A stretch of DNA of 63,024 nt, the filler included, from Asterionella formosa (lineage: Eukaryota), in the NCBI GenBank assembly GCA_002256025.1. It is 28 parts of 28 records of this genome, joined end to end, with 100 filler letters (N's around TTAATTAATTAA, not from the genome) between each part and the next. Parts side by side here need not be neighbours in the genome. Positions count along the whole stretch, not along the records: positions 11,304 to 13,463 come from NKIB01000307.1; positions 13,564 to 15,721 come from NKIB01000309.1; positions 15,822 to 17,978 come from NKIB01000310.1; positions 18,079 to 20,235 come from NKIB01000311.1; positions 20,336 to 22,492 come from NKIB01000312.1; positions 22,593 to 24,748 come from NKIB01000313.1; 22 more parts are not named here. One strand, written 5' to 3'. The position numbers and the translations under genes were made by a program. Shown piece by piece: positions 12,486 through 24,848 of the stretch. Each line of letters begins with the position of its first letter. The first letter of the stretch is position 1. The notes beneath the pieces are model-generated. The model was not told the origin of the DNA. It made no database searches and saw only the letters and a program-made list of their open reading frames with translations.

Positions 12486-13463
12486 GGTTCCTGCATTTGA
12501 ACCCCTAGGCAAAAATTAAAATATTGCTTAGGGTTGCCGAAATTCCCTGGAACTAAGAACTTTTATGTGCTAATTTGAATATCAATGATTCCGTTTGAAA
12601 AATTCAAATGAGTGGAAATTTGCGCGTACGTATATAGATTCCATTTCAAATGCATAAAATATGTAATGATAGATATTTCATCGCTGAATGTTTTATATTG
12701 CTACTCTACCGATAGTATACCTACTCGTATCATAAATATGTTTCACATGCACGACCCGGCGGCTGCAAAATATATTTGAATGTGCAAACTATCGGTACTA
12801 AGGTACTGGTTAGCGTGCACTACCATTTACTATGACGAATGATGATCAGTTACCTGGAACCGGTAGGTCTACCCGGTTCTCGGTATTCCTACTCCGTACG
12901 GATTCCGGTATACGGGTAAACCTACCCGGTACTCGATATTCCCACTCCGTACGGATACCGGTATACGGGTAGGATCGGCCAACACCCAAGAAAATGCTTC
13001 ATGTGTATCCAGTGTGGCCGGCGTGGGATTGCACGACCTCGCAAACCGTGCCAATCGAACGGATGTAAGGATAACCAATCAGAATATGATTATTACAGCG
13101 GGCAATTACATTGGAACTTTTTGTACACGAGATTTTACGACTACAAATTTTAGCACAAGACTACCATTCCGATGATGACGTTTCGGCGATTAGTGATTCT
13201 GATTCCGACGTTTGGGTGACCGTTGAAAAGGCCGATATTGTCGAATTTTTGGACGACGATAGCTCAACGTTGGCAGGGTTTGAAGAAGAGTTAAGTACAT
13301 AGGTAATCTTCATATAGCCCCAGAAGTTAACTTTCGGCGAGAAACTGCAGAAAGGAACTTCGGTTTTTTTACTAGGCCAAATAAACGAGTTAGCCCGGTA
13401 AAATCCACTATTTTCAGCATAGTTAAAAAACCGAAGTTCCTTTCTGCAGTTTCTCGCCAGATC
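12486..13463 (+). mobile_element. Non-autonomous Kolobok-like element (left TIR plus internal and right-arm sequence)
   Basis: TTAA|GGTTCCTGCATTTGAACCCCTAG (23-bp TIR); 13259-13463 matches the right arm at ~21831-22035. Confidence 0.8.
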
Positions 13464-13563
13464 NNNNNNNNNNNNNNNNNNNNNNNNNNNNNNNNNNNNN
13501 NNNNNNNTTAATTAATTAANNNNNNNNNNNNNNNNNNNNNNNNNNNNNNNNNNNNNNNNNNNN

Positions 13564-14187
13564 TCGTACTTGAACTGGGTTTCGAAGACTTTCGACCAAC
13601 GCACTCTTCCCTGTTCCTGTAAATCCTTTGACAAAGACGACTTCAGAATCATGCCCTGGATCGCAGATCCGCTGATATGCGTTTTCTAACAAGGCGAGTT
13701 CATGTTCTCTGCCATAAATCCTAGATTCTGCAACGGAGAGTTTCCTGTCAACGACGTTGTCTCTGTCAAAATTTCCCATTGTAAGCGAGCTGATTACAGT
13801 TCCATCAGAATCCATACGAGGAAAGAGTAATAAATCTCTTCCAACAAATTCATGAACATTCGAAGGGTTGAGACTCATGTCGTAGTTCTCCAACGAAGAC
13901 TGATTTCGTAATGGCCTCGTCATGGTCGTGTCTTCTGGAAGTGTATTCCATTCATTCTCGATTTGTCTCGTCGTCATGATCACTTCGGATGACGAATTAT
14001 TACTGAATTTCAGCTCGTCCTCATGGTCAACCACAAGAAGGGGCTCTGGAGTCATCGTTTTCCCTTGTTTTAATTGATCTTTCGTTATATTTTTACAATT
14101 GATCTCGTGATCTTTCGTAAATTTTTGTAATCGTGGACAAATATTTTCAAGTCGCTTTGAATTTCTGTATAGCATGAAGTACTCCAA
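13564..14187 (-). CDS. AAA_16/STAND-like P-loop ATPase, N-terminal part
   Basis: IYGREHELALL...VVFVKGFTGTGKSALV (GRE motif plus Walker A). True start is probably a downstream Met; runs into the gap. Confidence 0.75.
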
Positions 14188-16062
14188 GTTGCCGTAATTT
14201 TGCTGAAACCAAAGAATTAGCTATCTTTATCCCAGATTCAAATGTTAGTTTAAGCAAAATGACCGCAACTTGCTGGTACTCGGAGTATGAACTGTCGCGT
14301 TTTGTGAGTACCCGGTGCCTTGTAGCTGTTTACCGGTAGGCTAGCAAACCAGTATGCGGTTCTAGTCTTAAGGATTCAGTCTACAGTGTATACATTGATT
14401 TGTACAGTGTATACAGTCCACAATGTACAGTATAAAATACGTTCACCTCAAAAGCAAGAACAACCGCCCAGATAGATTATCAATACCCGGTGGTCATACA
14501 TGACTATGTACCGGTATGCAAACGTATCATGGGCTACCAAGTATGACTACCGGTAGTCTACCAGTAGAAATAATGCATATCAAGGGCTATATGTAAAGTT
14601 TTCATTTGTCGCGCCTGGAAATAACATGTATACAGGCAGGGGACATTTATGAAGCCCTGCCTCCTGATGACGAAATATGATTGTAGATGACGACAGATGA
14701 GCAATCTCGAAGAATCAAAATAGTTTGGTACCTTTTATTGTGAGCGATCCCGAAAATCAACACAGATGTTTATAGGCTTAGGGCTAATTCAAATACCGGC
14801 GAGTGTGTTACCAGGGTACCAGGTACCAGGTACCTGGTAGCTGGTACCAGGGTCCCCCTGTACCTGGTAGTTTGTCCTTTGCAGAATGGGGAACAGTCGT
14901 TCACCAAATCCAAGTAATTCTTTCTTGGTGGATGCTTTGGGTACCATGCCCAATTTTGTTCCAGTTATTTATGAAATGTATCACCACCCTTTTCCTTCTT
15001 CACTTACCTTTCGAAGATTTGTGATCCTCAGCATCATTATTGCTGATTGCCATTGCTGGAATGTCATCTGAGGATGATCCGCTTCTTTCACAAAATTCCT
15101 GACCTGTTTGCAATTCCATTTGGATAAGTGCATCATGAACTGATATAGAAGGCATAACAAGGGGAAAATTGGCAATGGAGTCTTGGTTGTTGTGATGATA
15201 ATGTTTAAAAAATTGTTGTAGTACTAGGCAGGAGAAGGGAGGTTGTTAGGTGCAGGTGGGTACACTTGGAAGAAGCAAAATGTGCCTGTCCCATGAGGAG
15301 TACATATCAAACAATGATCTTCCAATGTCACCATTCTTTAGAATCACTATACTTGTTTGTAGATATTGAATGAACAAATATAGACTTTTGTGGTATTACT
15401 CAATGCATCCTCTGCTGCTCCTTGATTCACAACAGTAGCTGTATTGTTGTCATTGCCTATCAATTTGCTGCAACAAACCAGCTTGCAAGTCACCATGATT
15501 GGCTGTACCCCTCTGGGAGAAAAATATCGCTTCAATTTGCAGCGAATCCAGTGTCGAGCAGCTTATTTTTAGGACGAGCATGGAATAGGGTTGGTTAACT
15601 CGAAAAAATGAGTTTTTTTAGCTAGTTATGTAGAGGCGAGTAGCATAAACTTGCAATTGTTACTTCAATTATTAGCATCTAAATAAATTATTCAAACAAA
15701 TTGAACATCAATATATTCAGTNNNNNNNNNNNNNNNNNNNNNNNNNNNNNNNNNNNNNNNNNNNNTTAATTAATTAANNNNNNNNNNNNNNNNNNNNNNN
15801 NNNNNNNNNNNNNNNNNNNNNTGCTTGATCTTGGCGCGTGTTTCTGTCTGTGGCGCGTCCAATTCGCTCGACTTCAGTGCTCAACTGAACCCCGTTTTTA
15901 TTCCTGCTTTGCAATATGGGAATCTCGTATCTTGAACATCGAGACTCCATAAAATTTCGGAAGATAAGCTCCATTTCACAAATTTTGTGCACAATTCCCG
16001 GTGCTTAACTTCCGGTATTTACGGTAGTGTGCTTCAACTCCTCTCGACTCTAGTTTAGTAGT

Positions 16063-17649
16063 TTAAACTGATGCTATGGGGTTGACAGTAGCCCTCTCCT
16101 CTCTACAGACACAAACAGATGCTCTAACAGCATTTCTCAATCCCTCTTTGTCCAATTTCATGACATTCACTGGTCGAGGGTCAGTGAAATACCTCAACAT
16201 GTCCTGGAGCTGCTTGTTTGTCCACATAGCAATCGTATCCTCATTATGTATGGCTGCATCAATCAGTGGAGTTATTTGTGGCAAAATTGAAAGCTTCTTC
16301 TGCTCCAATGATGCTATCGCTGCCACCTTCTTTCTCTCCTTATCCTGGGTCTCAACCTTATTTGCAATTGACCTTGCTTCCTTTGCCCTGTCATTTTCTC
16401 CACAAATCTCGCCAACAATAGACATGACTTCATTCATCTCTTTAATTCTTTCCATTTGGCTTGCTGAATTCAATACCCTTGAGTAGCTGGCCACATTGCC
16501 CTCCAACATATTGATTCTCCTCTTTGCAATCTTCTTCTTTGCTCCAACACCAATTGCATCAGAAATTACAGAACCGTGCAATACATCTTTCATTGTAGGT
16601 TGTAGCAGTGAAAGTTGGTCCCCACTTATAGATATATCAAGGAATGCTGATGGCTCCAGATTCCTGTCTAGCTTGTTCCAGTGTTGCCGGCTGACAAAAT
16701 TTGTCATGTGATCAAACCAGACTTTCTGCAGTACATTGCAGTTTCGGTCTTCAGTGTACTTTTTCACCATCTTTTCGGGTTTCCAAGAAACCCATTCAAA
16801 TGAATCTAAGCAGGTTAGGTTGGTTGCAGCTTGCCTTAATTGTGTTTGTGGTACTGGTACTCCAGGTGGGCCTCGACCTCCACGCTTCAAATTAGGAAAT
16901 TTGCCAGCGCGGATCAGAAAGTCCAAGTGATTCTCAGCTTGCTTCCATTTACAACATCCAGTAAAATCCATAACTAAAAGAATCATCTCCTTCCTCGTCA
17001 TCCCATTGTTGTTTTTATCCCTGAAGCAAGCTATACCTTGAAGCTCATCTCTTTCTGACAACGTTGTTAAAGATTTGGGTGAAGGACAAGTTGGGCGCAG
17101 CATTTCTATGGTTGCAATTCCAACCAAATTCTTATTGTTGGGATTGGCAACCTGCAGTCGTTTCCTTGCATCATACAATGTTGATCTTGGAACTCTGTGA
17201 GTGCGCACAATATTTGCCTCATTCCCCCCTCCCATGATGTTCAATTCTTCCAACAGTACTTTGATGTTACCAGGCAAATTCCAGTTCTTGTATCGACCGC
17301 GATGTTTCTTCTTCGAAACCAGAGATTGACTCACTAAATTTTCAACATCATTCATTTCTTCTGTAATCACTGAATGGCTGCGCTTCTTGGCCTTGGTTGC
17401 TGCCTTCATCGTTGTAGTTATTGCTTTTGCTATTAATGTCACTGGTTTCTGATGAGACAAATCAGACTGATCCTTTGGAGGTCGTCCGCGCCGTAAAGGA
17501 ATCCATCTAACAGAACAAGTAAACAAGAAAATGAGCAAATTGCAATAACTCTGGACGTCCATTATTACTGGCATTGTTACTCACCCTCGTATGTCACCAG
17601 ACCCTTTCAGCCTCGCCTGTTCTTGCCTAGTCTTTGGCCTCCCAGACAT
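16063..17649 (-). CDS. Transposase-derived protein (pogo-like, DDE core apparently deleted), two exons
   Basis: Exon 1 17649-17585 (MSGRPKTRQEQ...), GT-AG intron 17584-17507 splices in frame. AT-hook RRGRPPK, psq-like VPRSTLYD, CENPB-like GMTRKEM, SAP-like tail. Confidence 0.5.
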
Positions 17650-17707
17650 GGTTTGATTATTGTAATTGAATGTGCACTGAGCAAGAAGAGTAAGTGACGC
17701 AAATTAA

Positions 17708-17978
17708 GGTTCCTGCATTTGAACCCCTAGCTCGAGGTAGGGTTAAAAAAATAATATTAAGTCAGAGTAGTCAAACATAGACTTCTTACGAGTAAAACGT
17801 AAATGTATATCGCTAAACGGAGCTTTCACCAATACACACCCTTTCCACATGCTTAAATACAGTCATTTATCAAAGTAGGGGTTTAGGTCAACGCTATATA
17901 TCGTCAGGATATAGGATCTGGCGAGAAACTGCAGAAAGGAACTTCGGTTTTTTAACTATGCTGAAAATAGTGGATTTT
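17708..17978 (-). mobile_element. Kolobok-like right end
   Basis: TTAA|GGTTCCTGCATTTGAACCCCTAGCTCGAGG; rc-matches ~21975-22242. Confidence 0.8.
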
Positions 17979-18143
17979 NNNNNNNNNNNNNNNNNNNNNN
18001 NNNNNNNNNNNNNNNNNNNNNNTTAATTAATTAANNNNNNNNNNNNNNNNNNNNNNNNNNNNNNNNNNNNNNNNNNNNTGAATACTGTATTGCAATACTC
18101 TATAGGAATATATTTATGAAGCATGGAAAATATTTTCTAAAAT

Positions 18144-19812
18144 CTACATTTCACACTTGCACTTGAATCCCCTCATAAAGGCTCCAGGAACCATGAGTTC
18201 ATCAGGCGTCAGGGGAACACATCGACAATCACTTGGCTTAGGACCTGGAATTTTTGCAATTTCATGTAAATATAGACCCAGCACCTTGATGGCATTCATC
18301 ATGTTGAGTTTATTATACTTTTCATTTTGTGAGTGTGCCATGTCATCACACGCCCCTACTGGAAGAAGCAACACATTCATACCAGTAGCATCTTCTATTG
18401 CTCCAGCAATGGGAATAGATCCACCTTCACGAGTCATGTCAGGTGCTTGACCAAAGACACGTTCAATTGCCTTGCATGCTGCTTGGTAGTTGGGATGATG
18501 AGGATCTGATACCCAAGCCTTTGCGCCGTGGAGCATAGATAACTCCATCTTGTTGGGAGAATTCAACTTGAATATTGGAGTGATGGGAGTCATTGGAGGT
18601 TTGTGAGAAAGAATTAATATGTGCTGAATGGAAAAATTTGGTTTGTCTCCTTACCTTTTGGAACTCTTTCTCAATGTGATCCTTGACCAAAGCTTCAATT
18701 TTTTGGGGGTCTTGATGAGGAACCAATCGCAAGCTGAATTTTCCCGTGACCTTGGCTGGAATCACAGTCTTGGCTCCAGGCCCTGAGAAAGCTCCCTCAA
18801 TGCCATGCAAACTCAATGTAGGGTACCTCCAACGATGCAAAAGGATGTCTTTCTTGTTGTCGAACAATAATTTTTCAGAAAAGATTTTGACTTCATCCTT
18901 GTATTCTTCCACATTAAAATCAAGATTTTCGTACAAAGCTTCTTCTTCTGCTGTCAAAAGTTTGACATCGTCCATAATCCCATCGACAAGAATTGTCCCA
19001 TCTGTATCAACGAGAGTCCCCATGAGTTTGATCAAATCAGTCATTCCTTCATGAACTGATCCTCCAAAGGATCCTGAATGCAAATCCTGATGCGCTCCTT
19101 GCACCGCAAGTTGAAAGTATGCCATACCACGAAGTCCGTAGGTGACACATGGTTTCGTCTTGCCCAACCAATAATTGTCACTAATACAGAAGAAATCTAC
19201 ATCTTTCAGAAATTGAGTTGCCTCGCTTTGAATCCATTCAAATAGTCCGTCACTCCCACTTTCTTCCATTCCCTCATATACAATTTTGATATTGACTGGC
19301 AGTGGCATGCCCAATGCCTGATGCGCTTCCACGACCCACAACCACGACAGGGCAGGTCCCTTGTCATCTGTGCTTCCTCGGCCATAGAGCTTCCCATCTC
19401 GTTCTGTGAGTACAAATGGCGGACTGTCCCATCCGTCCATGGACGCTGGTTGTACATCTAAGTGGCCATAGACACAAACCGTCTTTGCGTTCTTGTCTGA
19501 GGATTGAAATTCTCCCGCCAAAATGGGCGGCAATGGACGGTCCACTGTAGAGGCCGGATTCGCTCGAAGTTCGGCAGCTCCGCTCAGACGCAGAATGTGA
19601 TCTTTGGTCCATTCCATCATGGTACAAATGTCGCTCAAGTGTAGGTCCAACTCAGCCGAGACGGATGGAATTGCCACAGCTTGGGCGAGACGTTCTTGAT
19701 ACAAGGCGGCATGTTGGTCAATGTAGTTCATGTAAGCCTCTACAAACTCGTCGTTTGCGACACTGCTAGAAGCGTCACTACCGGTAGCACTGATACCAGT
19801 ATGGCTTGTCAT
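18144..19812 (-). CDS. CNDP2: Cytosolic non-specific dipeptidase (M20, CNDP2/DUG1 family), two exons, intron 18567-18654
   Basis: YGHLDVQPA, LYGRGSTDDKGP, EGMEESGS, DLHSG, REGGSIP, AHSQNEK motifs; in-frame GTAAGG...CAAG intron. Confidence 0.95.
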
Positions 19813-20335
19813 GGTGATGTTGCTGGTTGCGAGCGGGGATGATGTACTTGTAGTCTACGGGTATACATTAGAAAATGCAATTGGAATGGACGAAAGATTT
19901 TTACTTTCGGATTCTTTCCGGCTAGGCTAATTTCAGTCTAATAGACTGGATTCAGTCTGGGTTTTCAATCCCTTGCCCCTGGCTCAATTCAATAAATATT
20001 TCATTTCTGAAAAGTTAATCTAAATCTAAAGAACTGTAGACTTCTGGAAGTATCCATGAAAACAAGCTTACATAGGTTTACAAATCCAGATACATGAGAA
20101 GTCTGCCTGCCAAAAAAATCTCAAAAATATCTTTGCAGGATGGTGTGAAAACGAAATTTGACAACAATGGGCAAAGCTGTCATTGTTTCATGCCTTTCCA
20201 AGTACATTCACCCATCACTGTGGGTCCGAAATCATNNNNNNNNNNNNNNNNNNNNNNNNNNNNNNNNNNNNNNNNNNNNTTAATTAATTAANNNNNNNNN
20301 NNNNNNNNNNNNNNNNNNNNNNNNNNNNNNNNNNN

Positions 20336-21749
20336 TCGTGGTGAGGGTGTTGGATATGCTGCGATCGATCTTGATAACGCGGCATCAATTGGCGAATATG
20401 CTGGTCAGAAGCCAACAAGTTCTGGATACTTGCCTCCTGAACAGGCTGCTGTTGAGTACAATAAGCAGACAGGTCAGGTTGCTACAGAAAGAGTTGAAGC
20501 CAGTTCCCAATATGACATGTGGTGCTTCGGAGTTCTTCTTTATTACCTCTGCACTGGTGATCAACTTTTTCGTATGAATGTTCGTGAAGAAGTATCATCG
20601 CTGGACGAGCTAAAGAAAATAGTAATGTGGAGTGACGAAGATTGGGAAAAAGAGGTTGAACGACGTATTCAGCATGAATGGAGTCCCATGATACCTCTGC
20701 TTCTACGATTGCTTAAGAAAGAGCCAGAAAAGCGCTATTTTTATTGGAAGCATATTATTAAGGATCTTGACGATGCTGACTATTCTAAAATGATTCGTGA
20801 AAATAATGAAAAGATTAATGCTAAATTGCAAGAAGTGGGGAATAAAGTTGGTGTAACACAGCATGCCGTGCTTGAAACCAGGGATCTCGTGAGTGAACAG
20901 TCTAAAATACTCCAATACTTAAAATCGAGCATCAACCAAATCCCTCATTTGATGGTCCAACTTGAAGAGGTGGAATTCCCGTACATGTTTACCCTTCTCA
21001 CTGCTCACGAGTTTGAAATTTTCAAGAGAACATTGATGTCTGAGCCCTCATTGGATAAACAAGCTAGTGATGGAGTGGAGGGAGTGGTAAAATTTATTGG
21101 TCGAGCTCAGGAGTCATTTGCATGTTGCCGCGACTTTCTTGACTCTTTGAATAACAAGGAGACAGCCACTGCTCTCAGAAAAGGTTGGCAACTTATCAGT
21201 GGTAAGACGACTGAAGTGGTCTATCTTCAGTTGTTGTGTGGGCTGACGCTTCAACCACTTGTCTCATACAAAATCGCAACAACCACATATCGGGAGGAAA
21301 TCAAAAAATTTGCAGAGATAGGGGCCAAAGTGTGTGTAGTTGGAGTGACTGTTGCAACGCTATGGAATGTGGCTGGGGGATTTGCAAAAGCATTTGGTTA
21401 TCATATTCCCAACCTTCCAGGTGATGTTGAGCTCAAAGCAAAGAATTTTCTTGATGAAGTGAACAAATCATCACCTGTTGAGGGTCTGAAGGAATACAAG
21501 AAGTCTGGGTTCAACCTGAACCAAATGAAGGAGTTTAAAGAATTTGTTGAAGATCTGGAAAGTAAAGGTATGATGCGCCATTGCTTGCAAGAGTGTGACA
21601 AGAAAGCGCTGAAATCCAGAACTTGGCATTTTGCGCTCAAAAAGCATGTGCTTACTGATTTGCCAAATTATGAAAAGCAAGTCACATTTATCTCTGTCAG
21701 CTTGAAATCCAGTTTTGGTGGTGATACCAACTATGAGTGCCTCACATGA
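20336..21749 (+). CDS. Protein kinase C-lobe + coiled coil + C-terminal domain with hydrophobic segment (5' truncated)
   Basis: PPE...YDMWCFGVLLYYLCTG...LLKKEPEKR (subdomains VIII-XI), followed by a domain paralogous to the repeats at 24849-27003. Confidence 0.75.
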
Positions 21750-21830
21750 TGACCTACCACTTACTTCTAATGTGTTGGTAAATAAGTTTGTTAATGTCTT
21801 GTTCAGTAATATATTTATATATATATATAT

Positions 21831-22242
21831 ATAGCTCAACGTTGGCAGGGTTTGAAGAAGAGTTAAGTACAAAGGTAATCTTCATATAGCCCCAGAAGTT
21901 AACTTTCGGCGAGAAACTGCAGAAAGGAACTTCGGTTTTTTTACTAGGCCAAATAAACGAGTTGGCCCGGCAAAATCCAGTATTTTCAGCATAGTTAAAA
22001 AACCGAAGTTCCTTTCTGCAGTTTCTCGCCAGATCCTATATCCTGACGATATATAGCGTTGACCTATACCCCTACTTTGATAAATGACTGTATTTAAGCA
22101 TGTGGAAAGGGTGTGTATTGGTGAAAGCTCCGTTTAGCGATATACATTTACGTTTTACTCGTAAGAAGTCAATGTTTGACTACTCTGACTTAATTTTTTT
22201 TTTTAAACTCTACCTCGAGCTAGGGGTTCAAATGCAGGAACC
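21831..22242 (+). mobile_element. Kolobok-like right arm (5'-truncated at a (TA)n tract)
   Basis: Ends CTAGGGGTTCAAATGCAGGAACC|TTAA. Confidence 0.8.
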
Positions 22243-23013
22243 TTAACCCTAACCTAGTTATTATGATGAGGTAGAATATACTACCCAAACGAGGGAAAAA
22301 ATTCAACCAAAAATTCTACAAGGTAGAATTTTGAGCTGGTACATACCTCATACTGACCACGTAAATACCGGTTATTTGCCAATACCTTGGAGGTATTTTC
22401 TGTCCTCAGTAGAAGACTACCAAGGCCTACGAGAAAATACTACCCTGGTAGAATTTCGGGACTACTAAACCGGTATGCCGGATCAAATATCTNNNNNNNN
22501 NNNNNNNNNNNNNNNNNNNNNNNNNNNNNNNNNNNNTTAATTAATTAANNNNNNNNNNNNNNNNNNNNNNNNNNNNNNNNNNNNNNNNNNNNTCTCCACT
22601 ACAAAAAGATACATGATGTTCTTCCCGTAGGAGACATCAGCGATTGAAAATCTTATGAATTCATTCTAATGACAAAAGTTCTCGATGTGATGGCACAATT
22701 TTTTTGCCGAGAATTAAGCGTGGGCGGCAGGCATCGTCATCATGCAGTCTCTATAACTGTTGGGCGCGCTTCGAAATACCAAAATAATTTGTGCCAAAAT
22801 TATTACATCACAAATATTCTTTGCTGATAGAATATATATATAATATCGTCATTGCGCTCCTCTGATACTCGAAATATTTTAGATTGCTTATCTGACAGTA
22901 AATAAAATTTATACCAGTTAAATTTTCATAGCGACGCATCCTCTGGTGTGTTATGCCTCCTTTTGTACACTGTATACATTTTTCCATAATTTCACCAATG
23001 TCAGTCACTGACC

Positions 23014-24115
23014 ATGTCGGCTGACCTCTCATCTCCTGATGATGATGATGATGATGATGAAGATGAAGATATAATCATCACATTACTTCTGCTAGCAGCA
23101 TGTGATCTTTCAATAAGCAAGAAAGCATTGTTTCATGAAAGTTTGACTGTTGATGACATCAGAAGAAGAAGTGGCAAAATCCGGCACCACGCAGCCACTA
23201 CAGCTTCAATTGGCAAGTCCATTCTGGACTTTGTTCAATAGCAAGCATGATGATGCCCTCATCACATTGTGTGGGTTTGATCATGCTTCCTTCGAGCTCC
23301 TGCAGCAGCGATTCAAGCCTTATTTTGATTCCTTCTTTACTCCCTTAGAAAAAAAGGAATTCATTGTCAAGAATTCAACAAACAAAATCCTGTCGACCCA
23401 GATTGCTGTGTTCCATCAGTTGTCTGGCACTTGGGCTGGCATGTACAAGAACTCGCGGATCCTATATGATTCGTCTTCAAATCATTTTCTGCTTAACTCA
23501 TGGTGAGCATTCGATTGTATTTCTCAAGGCAGATGATTGTGAAAGTGCTTCGGACTAATGAAGATGCCATTTTTCGACAACCTACTGCAGCCGAAACCAC
23601 TTTATTTGCATCCATGATTCATAAGAACAGCAATCATGGATGGTCTGAAACTCACCCTGTAAACGACCTGGAAATGAAAGGCAGCAAAATAATTTCTACA
23701 ATAGGTGGACTCATGAAGACTATGTGACAAACTTGTTTCTTTTTTCTCCTGATAGAAAAATTCGTTGCTCTTATTTTAATTTACCTGGTGTTCTCCACAA
23801 CTCCACCATTATAATTTGGTCTTTGATCTATGATCAAATTGAAATGGCTTACAGGGATACAGGTAAAAAAGTAGTTGTGGATTCAGCATTTGCATCTAAG
23901 AAATCAAATGCAATGCTAAAATACCATCAAAATAATGTGGATGTAAACGGTAATAATCGACAAAGATTTGGCATAAATTGTCAAGCAACTTTAGTCAGGC
24001 AGTTTTCTTAATGGAGAATGAGTTGTCTTCAAGGTTTGTTTCCCAGGATGAAAGATAAATTTCGTTATGAAGAGAATGGTGAAAGGAAACTAATACTCCA
24101 AATGATTGTTTTGAA
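23014..24115 (+). pseudogene. Heavily decayed Harbinger-type transposase
   Basis: DDALITLCGFDHASF, NLFLFSPD..I, PGVLHNS, VVVDSAF, ATLVRQFS*...FPRMKD across several frames. Confidence 0.75.
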
Positions 24116-24848
24116 AATTTTCATTGTGCTTGGATGCTACACATTCCCATTCATGTGATCCAATTGGAAGGTATGTCAGAACAGTGCTGTCCAACAATGA
24201 CATGACCTCGTTCAACCTAAACTGCCACCCCCGACTCTGCAGGTTGCAGTGGGCCTTTGGAAATGTTGGTCATTAATCTCGCCTGCTATTGATACCCACA
24301 GTTGTCTTTTTTGTAACTGTTTGTATGGTTTCACTTCTTGCACTGGGACGTGAAAAATTACTGCCATTGATCCTTGATGAAAGATGAGAGATACCAATCA
24401 GAGAGCCAACAGGAGAGGCATCAGCCCGGCTGTCATCATCACTGGCGCCTTCATCAGCATCATCTTCTTTCTCTTCCTCATCTTGGGATTGCAACTCTTG
24501 TTCCTGCTCGAGATGGCGATGTTCTCGCATCCATGGGGAGGAAGGGACACCCTCTCTGGCTAGTCTCCTTTGCCCAGCACTGGAAGAGGATGATGACGTC
24601 ATCGCTGTAATCTGAAACAGAGGATGACAAACAATGTACATACGGCTGATTGATGTGAACATATATATGCATATTACCATCAGCCAAGTACCTTTTTTGG
24701 CAAGAGCAAGCCATTTTGGGTATGAGCACGCAAGTCATGGAATATTCTNNNNNNNNNNNNNNNNNNNNNNNNNNNNNNNNNNNNNNNNNNNNTTAATTAA
24801 TTAANNNNNNNNNNNNNNNNNNNNNNNNNNNNNNNNNNNNNNNNNNNN

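Noticed and set aside
12482..12508. piggyBac assignment from the TTAA target
   Set aside because: Termini begin GG rather than CC[C/T], which fits Kolobok.
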